Part shown: positions 1 through 5,284 of the stretch, one piece after another
How the letters are laid out: each line of letters starts with the position of its first letter
Numbering within the stretch: position 1 is the stretch's first letter
DNA from: a virus
Lineage: Duplodnaviria; Heunggongvirae; Uroviricota; Caudoviricetes
Direction: 5' to 3' (one strand)
DNA length: 7,934 nucleotides
Virus record (IMG/VR): IMGVR_UViG_2537562231_000020
Notes under the pieces: model-generated
The model's input: only the letters and a program-made list of their open reading frames with translations
Databases searched by the model: none
What the model was told of the DNA's origin: nothing
Translations under genes and position numbers: made by a program

Positions 1-299
1 ATCTGCAGGCCTGCCATAACATTACCGTACGCAGAGTAATATGCCCCACCGTACATTACCTGCCTGTTCTCTGCTCCCAGCCTGATATCCTGGATATATC
101 GGGAATCCGCATCCTGCTGTGTTATACCAGAAGTGATGTTTATGTCCTGCGTCCCGTCAAAGGGAACCCCATTAATATTTCTTGGGGTGGCGAGTCTATT
201 CGCGGCAACGGCGGTGCCGTCCGATGGCAGAGCATTCGCCGCCCTGTTTACCGTTTCCCGTAAACCGAGGTTTTCAGGAAAGCCAGGATTAACTCTGTT
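1..299 (-). CDS. Tail fibre protein, C-terminal variable segment (partial; no start codon; silent alternative copy inside an invertible segment)
   Basis: Minus-strand frame is open from 299 to the window edge, directly after an in-frame TAA (302..300). Translation: NRVNPGFPENLGLRETVNRAANALPSDGTAVAANRLATPRNINGVPFDGTQDINITSGITQQDADSRYIQDIRLGAENRQVMYGGAYYSAYGNVMAGLQ. It contains the phage tail-fibre repeat signature (RLATPRNINGVPFDGTQDINIT). No ATG/GTG/TTG lies in frame near its 5' end, and the frame runs through the 26-bp crossover site. Not in the ORF track because it has no start. Confidence 0.6.
255..280. other. 26-bp crossover site for a Gin/Hin/Pin-type invertase (gix/hix-like), right boundary of the invertible tail-fibre segment
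   Basis: TTCCCGTAAACC-GA-GGTTTTCAGGAA is an imperfect palindrome: two 12-bp half-sites (10/12 identical as inverted repeats) around a 2-bp core. It closely matches the gix left site as I recall it (TTCCTGTAAACCGAGGTTTTGGATAA). It lies 66 bp upstream of the invertase start and inside the tail-fibre reading frame. Confidence 0.7.
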
Positions 300-345
300 T
301 TATTCCTCATGCGACAATTCCGGCTTTTTATAATAAGGAAATCGT

Positions 346-918
346 ATGCTGATTGGGTATATCAGGGTGTCAACAAATGACCAGAATACGGCGCTACAAA
401 GAAATGCGCTGGAATGTGCAGGATGTGAGCTGTTTTTCGAAGACAGAATAAGCGGTAAGACAAGGGAGCGTCCCGGACTTAAACGCGCATTAAAGCGACT
501 CCGGCCAGGGGATACCCTGCTGGTCTGGAAACTGGATCGCCTTGGACGCAGTATGCAGCACCTTGTCCTTTTAACAGAAGAACTCCGGCAACGCGGCGTT
601 AACTTCCGCAGCATTACGGACAATATTGATACATCCACTCCCATGGGACGTTTCTTTTTCCATATAATGGGCGCGCTGGCGGAAATGGAGCGGGAACTCA
701 TTATTGAACGTACACGCGCGGGTCTTGCTGCTGCCCGTGCTCAGGGGCGTCATGGCGGCAGACCTCAGAAACTGACAGAGAAAGAGCGGGAGCAAATCGC
801 CCGTTTGCTGGCTAATGGCGAGTCCCGTAAACAAATCGCACTGATATTTGATATTGGCCTTTCCACCCTTTATCGTTATTTTCCTGCCTCACCAGCTCCG
901 TCACCAAAAGTACCGTGA
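346..918 (+). CDS. pin: Serine recombinase, DNA invertase of the Hin/Gin/Pin/Cin family
   Basis: 190-aa ORF with RBS AAGGA at 334-338. N-terminus MLIGYIRVSTNDQNTALQRNALECAGCE carries the catalytic serine motif; GDTLLVWKLDRLGRS, MGRFFFHIMGALAEMERELIIERTRAGL and a C-terminal HTH (KQIALIFDIGLSTLYRY) match the E. coli PinE sequence I recall over most of the length. Confidence 0.93.
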   Translation: MLIGYIRVSTNDQNTALQRNALECAGCELFFEDRISGKTRERPGLKRALKRLRPGDTLLVWKLDRLGRSMQHLVLLTEELRQRGVNFRSITDNIDTSTPMGRFFFHIMGALAEMERELIIERTRAGLAAARAQGRHGGRPQKLTEKEREQIARLLANGESRKQIALIFDIGLSTLYRYFPASPAPSPKVP

Positions 919-1003
919 CGCTTTTTTGAATTTCCGCAAAACACATATTTTTCAGCGGTCGCTATTCTGACTCTGTTTAATTCAGAAACAGGCAGAAAAG
1001 ACG

Positions 1004-3058
1004 ATGTCAGACTCCAAGTGGAAAATGCTCTCCGCCATGCCCGGAGAGTTTTCAGTCAAGGTTGCCGGTGGCACGGTGGCATTTATTGAAAGCCCTTTCC
1101 GCCCTTCGGGTAATAAAGGGGGGATCACCTTCGCAGACTGCGTGATCCGCTTCAGCACGAAAGAGCCATTATGGGTAATGCCGGTATCCGGTAATCCCAG
1201 TGCAGAAATCACCAGTTCAGGCGTGACTGGCATCATTCCAATCACATCTGACGTGGCCGGAACGCTCACGCCCTCCGACTGGAATGCACCGGATAACGCC
1301 GGGCCTTCCGGTAGCACGAATGGCAGCAGTTCAGAGCCGGAATATTACTTTGTTGTCATTCTCGCGGGTCAGTCAAATGGCATGGCCTACGGCGAGGGGC
1401 TGCCGTTACCGGATTCGTTTGACCGCCCGGACCCACGCATTAAGCAACTGGCACGCCGCAGTACGGTAACGCCCAACGGTACGTCGTGTACATACAACGA
1501 CATCATTCCGGCAGACCACTGCCTGCATGATGTTCAGGATATGAGCGGGATAAACCACCCGAAAGCTGATCTGGCAAAAGGCCAGTACGGGACTGTCGGT
1601 CAGGGGTTGCATATTGCCAAAAAACTGCTTCCCTATATCCCACAGAATGCCGGGATACTTCTGGTGCCCTGTTGTCGTGGCGGGTCAGCATTCACCACTG
1701 GAGCCGACGGCTCATTCAGTGAGGCCAGCGGTGCTTCCGCTGATTCTTCACGCTGGGGGGCCGGTAAACCTCTGTATCAGGACCTGGTAAGCCGCACCAA
1801 AGTCGCGCTGGCGAAAAACCCGAAAAACAAACTTCTGGCTGTGGTCTGGATGCAGGGAGAGGCAGACCTTGCCTCAGGAAGCCAGCAGCATAATAGTTTA
1901 TTCACGGCCATGGTTCAGCAGTTCAGAACTGACCTGGCTCCGCTTGCTGCGCAGTGCGTGAGTGGAAATGCCACCACGGTGCCGTGGATTTGCGGTGATA
2001 CCACGTATTACTGGAAAAACGCTGGCACCGATAAATATGAGGCAGTATACGGTGGCTACAAAGGCAAGGAAGCACAGAAAATTTTCTTTGTACCGTTCCT
2101 GACGGATGAGAATGGACAGAGCACGCCAACGAATGCTCCGGCGGAAGACCCGGATATTGTGGCTGTCGGGTATTACGGTGCAGCATCCCGAACCCAGGGC
2201 AGTTTTGTTTCGACACAGCGTGACAGCCATTTCAGCTCATGGGCACGCAGGGGCGTCATTTCAGACCGTCTGGCCTCAGCTATTATGCTCCATGCAGGGC
2301 GCACGGCTGAACTGATGCGCGGGCAGACCGTGACACCACCGGATGAGAAGCCGTCACCTGATACACCATCAAAACCGTCCACGCCACCCGCAGACACCAC
2401 GACGATGAGTACGCTATTTGCTTACCGGGCATCTGAGTCTGAAGGACGGTTGACACCACAGGGTTGGGCTGCCGGAGGTGGCAAGGCTCAAATCGTGGAT
2501 GATGCCGGAGCCAGCGGGGGTAAGGCAATGAAACTGACCAAGGAAACAGGAAGAGCCCCCTGGTACCTTGAGCATGATGCTGGTAATGGTGCGGACCTGC
2601 TGGGTAAAGGTGGTCTTGTCAGTTGTCGTTTTAAACTCGATGGCGCGCTTACGGCTAATCAGTACGCACTGGCGCTGTACTGGCCGGTTTCTGCCCTGCC
2701 GCAAGGGGTTACTCTGGAAGGAAATGCCGGTCATAACCTGCTGGCATCGTTCTACGTACAGAGCGATGCCACAGACCTTAACGTGATGTATCACAAAGGA
2801 AACACGGCGCAGAACACGAAGCTGGGGTCATTCGGCGCATTTAATAACGAATGGCATACGCTGGGCTTCCGTTTTGCCGGTAACAACAGTATTGAGGTGA
2901 CGCCGGTCATTGATGGTAAGGACGGGACACCATTCATGCTGTCGCAGTCTCCGGTCGGCACGTTTACGGCAGACAAGTTGCGCGTGACCGATATCACTAA
3001 AAATGCGACTTACCCGGTACTGATTGACAGTATCGTGGTGGAAGTGAATAACGCGTAA
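1004..3058 (+). CDS. SASA/SGNH-type carbohydrate O-acetylesterase (prophage NanS-p-like 9-O-acetyl-sialate esterase) with Pro/Thr linker and C-terminal lectin-like domain
   Basis: 684-aa ORF. Catalytic block VVILAGQSNGMAYGEG (GQSN motif) and downstream VVWMQGEADL (QGE-x-D block) are the signatures of the sialate O-acetylesterase (SASA/DUF303) family. A Pro/Thr-rich linker (PPDEKPSPDTPSKPSTPPADTTT, about nt 2336-2410) precedes a roughly 200-aa beta-rich C-terminal domain that looks lectin or ConA-like. Size and layout resemble the prophage NanS-p esterases of enterohaemorrhagic E. coli. Confidence 0.75.
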   Translation: MSDSKWKMLSAMPGEFSVKVAGGTVAFIESPFRPSGNKGGITFADCVIRFSTKEPLWVMPVSGNPSAEITSSGVTGIIPITSDVAGTLTPSDWNAPDNAGPSGSTNGSSSEPEYYFVVILAGQSNGMAYGEGLPLPDSFDRPDPRIKQLARRSTVTPNGTSCTYNDIIPADHCLHDVQDMSGINHPKADLAKGQYGTVGQGLHIAKKLLPYIPQNAGILLVPCCRGGSAFTTGADGSFSEASGASADSSRWGAGKPLYQDLVSRTKVALAKNPKNKLLAVVWMQGEADLASGSQQHNSLFTAMVQQFRTDLAPLAAQCVSGNATTVPWICGDTTYYWKNAGTDKYEAVYGGYKGKEAQKIFFVPFLTDENGQSTPTNAPAEDPDIVAVGYYGAASRTQGSFVSTQRDSHFSSWARRGVISDRLASAIMLHAGRTAELMRGQTVTPPDEKPSPDTPSKPSTPPADTTTMSTLFAYRASESEGRLTPQGWAAGGGKAQIVDDAGASGGKAMKLTKETGRAPWYLEHDAGNGADLLGKGGLVSCRFKLDGALTANQYALALYWPVSALPQGVTLEGNAGHNLLASFYVQSDATDLNVMYHKGNTAQNTKLGSFGAFNNEWHTLGFRFAGNNSIEVTPVIDGKDGTPFMLSQSPVGTFTADKLRVTDITKNATYPVLIDSIVVEVNNA

Positions 3059-3073
3059 GCAGGATAAAAAAAT

Positions 3074-3106
3074 GCCGCCGGTAAGGGAAAACAAGAAACC
3101 GGCGGC
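3074..3106. terminator. Stem-loop just downstream of the esterase gene; likely a transcript terminator, orientation ambiguous
   Basis: Perfect 9-bp stem GCCGCCGGT (3074-3082) / ACCGGCGGC (3098-3106) with a 15-nt loop. It is flanked by an A7 run upstream (3066-3072) and AAAAAG downstream, so the U-tract is on the minus-strand side. Confidence 0.35.
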
Positions 3107-3202
3107 AAAAAGATCGTTATATCCAAAGCAAAAAATGCAGTGCACCTTTTTACCTAACAGATATTACCGGTGTCAACACCATGTCAATAATTGGGAGGGA
3201 TA

Positions 3203-3385
3203 ATGACATTTTTACAGCTTATTTTATTGTATTTCTGCACGGCAGTATGTGCGTTATATCTGGTGAGTGGTGGTTATAAGGCCATCAGAAATTATGTTCG
3301 CCGCAAAATTGAGGACGCAGCAGCTGAAAAACTCAGTAAAACAGCGCAGGTAACTCCGCTCCCAAAAGACCCGACCCAGCCCTGA
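3203..3385 (+). CDS. Hypothetical small membrane protein (single N-terminal transmembrane helix)
   Basis: ATG at 3203 preceded by GGGAGGG (3193-3199). The ORF track starts it at TTG 3191; I prefer the ATG. Product MTFLQLILLYFCTAVCALYLVSGGYKAIRNYVRRKIEDAAAEKLSKTAQVTPLPKDPTQP has a hydrophobic N-terminus and a charged tail. I recognise no family. Confidence 0.45.
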   Translation: MTFLQLILLYFCTAVCALYLVSGGYKAIRNYVRRKIEDAAAEKLSKTAQVTPLPKDPTQP

Positions 3386-3420
3386 TTGCAGGGCTTTATT
3401 CCCGCATAAGGAGGATATAC

Positions 3421-3675
3421 ATGCCAGAAATTAAAGGCACCGTCACTGAAGACCTGGTAAAACAGGCACTGTATTCCGGTGAAGTAAATAAGTTGCTGAA
3501 AGCGCAGGTCCGCAAGGATTTTGAGGCACAAATCGACACTTACGTTGATGAAGTGCTGGCAAAACTTATTGGGCCAGCAGTTGCGGCCAGTGATGCTGAT
3601 AATGAGCCGAAAACCGACGCGCAGCCAGAGCAACCAGACCCGGCTCAGCCCGGAACTGACAGTACCATGATGTAA
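3421..3675 (+). CDS. Hypothetical small acidic protein
   Basis: 84-aa ORF with a strong RBS (AAGGAGG about 8 nt upstream of the ATG). Helical-looking N-terminal half and an acidic, Pro/Gln-rich, probably disordered C-terminal tail. I recognise no family. Confidence 0.5.
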   Translation: MPEIKGTVTEDLVKQALYSGEVNKLLKAQVRKDFEAQIDTYVDEVLAKLIGPAVAASDADNEPKTDAQPEQPDPAQPGTDSTMM

Positions 3676-3680
3676 CAATA

Positions 3681-3708
3681 CAAACCGGTGGTGTCCTCTG
3701 CCGGTTTG
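3681..3708. terminator. Hairpin between convergent genes (possible bidirectional terminator)
   Basis: Perfect 8-bp stem CAAACCGG (3681-3688) / CCGGTTTG (3701-3708) with a 12-nt loop, 6 nt after the stop of the 84-aa ORF and upstream of the convergent minus-strand gene end at 3843. U-tract is weak. Confidence 0.3.
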
Positions 3709-3842
3709 ACACTAATGAAAACATCTTTGCCGCTATCCAGCCATATGTAATCGCTGGATAGTATTTCGTATTCAGAAATATAGCTGCTTATGGAGCAGTC
3801 AATCCTGCTTCCCCATCCGGGCAGGCAAATGAACCGGTATCA

Positions 3843-4136
3843 TTAGTCCGATTCACGCTTTTGTAGAATCGTTCCCAGAATGCTATACAGCTCATTAGCC
3901 TGTTGCTCCATCATTGAGACGGAGGCTATACGGTGCAAAGTGATTTCAGGAGGTGGCACACCTCCATCTTCTTGCTGTGGAGGAAAAACATAAGATTTAA
4001 TAAAAAAGTTGAAGCATATGAACTCTCCCGCACTCGAACTGTATTTGCAGGCATCTGAATAATCGGAAAAATAATCATTATAGATTTCCGCATTTTCAAT
4101 CATTTTTCGATTTCTCGTCGTTACATGATTGTCCAT
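3843..4136 (-). CDS. Hypothetical protein, low-GC moron-like gene
   Basis: 97-aa minus-strand ORF with RBS AAGAGG 7-8 nt upstream of the ATG (complement of 4137-4150). Markedly AT-rich relative to flanking phage genes. Divergent from com/mom with its own AT-rich upstream region. I recognise no family. Confidence 0.5.
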   Translation of the reverse strand: MDNHVTTRNRKMIENAEIYNDYFSDYSDACKYSSSAGEFICFNFFIKSYVFPPQQEDGGVPPPEITLHRIASVSMMEQQANELYSILGTILQKRESD

Positions 4137-4392
4137 AGCAGCCTCTTACGCTGGCAATTAACCAATTGACTTCTATAAATTAGTTGATTTGTTTGCTTTG
4201 CGGTATTCAAATGTACAATCATTCAGCACTTATGCGTTACAGCACCGTTTAAAATTAGTGATCAAACTCATAAATTTTCGCTAATGACATTTCGTGTTAT
4301 TTGTTGTATCAATTAAATAAATCAAATCGATCGTTTTTGTCGATCGATTGAGTGATAAAGATATCAACAACAAAGCAGGAGGTTATGCGGCC
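4137..4392. promoter_or_regulatory. AT-rich divergent intergenic control region with a GATC triad and an ATCGATCG/CGATCGAT palindrome upstream of com
   Basis: 256-bp AT-rich spacer between divergent genes. Sigma70-like hexamers are present (for example TTTGCT 4192-4197 with TACAAT 4214-4219; ATGACA 4284-4289 with TATCAA 4307-4312). Three GATC sites at 4260, 4329 and 4342; the last two sit in the inverted repeat ATCGATCG (4326-4333) ... CGATCGAT (4341-4348). Exact promoter positions are not determinable by eye. Confidence 0.4.
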
Positions 4393-4593
4393 ATGTATCG
4401 AAACATACGGTGCCGACATTGTAACAAGCTACTGGCACGAGCCAGCTTCAGTTATCTGGAAGTTAAATGTCCGCGCTGTAAAACCCTCAATCAAATCACA
4501 TCTCAGAGCGCCACAGAGCACCCCACATACACAAGGAAATCCTGTCGTGGGGAACAGAAAGCAAGTTACATCCCGTATCATCAGCACGCCTGA
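4393..4593 (+). CDS. com: Com-like zinc-finger translational activator
   Basis: ATG at 4393 with RBS AGGAGG (4377-4382). Product [32 protein letters not shown]... has the paired C-x2-C zinc-finger layout and near-identical spacing to phage Mu Com as I recall it (IRCKNCNKLL...IEVRCPRCK). The ORF-track start at TTG 4348 is an upstream extension I consider unlikely. Confidence 0.85.
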   Translation: MYRNIRCRHCNKLLARASFSYLEVKCPRCKTLNQITSQSATEHPTYTRKSCRGEQKASYIPYHQHA

Positions 4594-5284
4594 ACTTATT
4601 CACTATAACGACAATATCGTCGGTTATGGCTCCCGTGAGTTACGGGTTGAGACAATAAGTTGCTGGCTGGCCCGGCTGGTCGTCGTCAATAAACATTACA
4701 GCCATCGTTTCGTAAATAATTCCTACCTTCATCTGGGCATATTTTCAGAACGGGAGCTGGTTGGCGTAATGCAATGGGGTTATGCCCTTAATCCAAACAA
4801 TGGTGCACGCGTCGTAACTGGCACGCAGAACCGCGAATATATGGAGCTTAACCGGTTATGGCTGCATGACTGTATGCCGAGAAACTCCGAATCAAGGGCA
4901 ATCAGTTACGCGCTCAAACTAATCAGACAACTTTATCCGCAGGTGCAGTGGGTTCAGTCGTTTGCAGATGAGCGTTGTGGCTGTCTTGGTGTCGTGTACC
5001 AGGCAAGCAATTTTGATTATGTAGGCAGTCATGAAACAACATTCTATGAACTTGATGGCGAGTGGTATCACGAGATTTGCAAGAATGCAATCAAACGAGG
5101 AGGACAGCGAGGTGAACATCTGCGGGCTAATATCGACAGAGCCAGTGTTCATAAATTCCGTCAGTTTCGTTACATCCGGTTTCTGGACAAGAGAGCCAGA
5201 AAACGCCTTAACACAAAGCTATTCAAAGTCCAGCCTTACCCAAAACCACAAACAGTTAAAACTGGTTTGAAAGAGAGTGAATGA
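4547..5284 (+). CDS. mom: Mom-like DNA modification protein (acyltransferase-type adenine modification; anti-restriction)
   Basis: Long ORF in a different frame overlapping the 3' end of com, as in the Mu com-mom operon, and sitting downstream of a Gin-family invertase as in Mu. 3' end is firm (stop 5282-5284). The start is uncertain: I placed it at GTG 4547, which is in frame with AAGGA 9 nt upstream, giving 245 aa; the first in-frame ATG is much further downstream. Assignment is mainly by gene context; I could not verify the Mom sequence from memory. Confidence 0.6.
   Translation: MGNRKQVTSRIISTPELIHYNDNIVGYGSRELRVETISCWLARLVVVNKHYSHRFVNNSYLHLGIFSERELVGVMQWGYALNPNNGARVVTGTQNREYMELNRLWLHDCMPRNSESRAISYALKLIRQLYPQVQWVQSFADERCGCLGVVYQASNFDYVGSHETTFYELDGEWYHEICKNAIKRGGQRGEHLRANIDRASVHKFRQFRYIRFLDKRARKRLNTKLFKVQPYPKPQTVKTGLKESE

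Noticed and set aside
133-333. 66-aa plus-strand ORF upstream of the invertase
   Set aside because: It lies antisense to the tail-fibre frame, which has a recognisable fibre-repeat signature, crosses the crossover site, and has no convincing RBS. Most likely a chance ORF.
329-334. Perfect TATAAT hexamer as the invertase promoter -10
   Set aside because: It is only 11 nt upstream of the ATG and overlaps the RBS, so a transcript starting from it would lack a ribosome-binding site. No matching -35 is present. The invertase promoter is more likely further upstream, around or within the crossover site.
300-834. Minus-strand ORFs 300..701 and 571..834 overlapping the invertase gene
   Set aside because: They are antisense to a strongly supported invertase CDS with no independent signals; typical antisense ORFs.
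982-3145. Numerous minus-strand and alternative-frame ORFs inside the esterase gene (for example 982..1317, 1898..2230, 2414..2794, 2828..3145)
   Set aside because: All are nested in or antisense to a long ORF with clear catalytic motifs. No RBSs and no recognisable protein features.
3292-3678. 128-aa minus-strand ORF spanning both small plus-strand genes
   Set aside because: It overlaps two plus-strand ORFs that each have a strong RBS and no signal of its own. The plus-strand pair is the more plausible reading, though this cannot be fully excluded without expression data.
3948-3964. Perfect 7-bp hairpin GGAGGTG-GCA-CACCTCC inside the 97-aa minus-strand gene
   Set aside because: It lies within coding sequence (Gly-Gly-Val-Pro-Pro-Pro codons) and is probably a by-product of codon choice, not a discrete element.
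4348-4392. Upstream extensions of com (TTG 4348) and of the mom frame (GTG 4352) proposed by the ORF track
   Set aside because: Both start codons fall inside the palindromic GATC-containing control region and lack RBSs. A strong AGGAGG RBS precedes the ATG at 4393, and Mu Com is about 62 aa, matching the shorter product.
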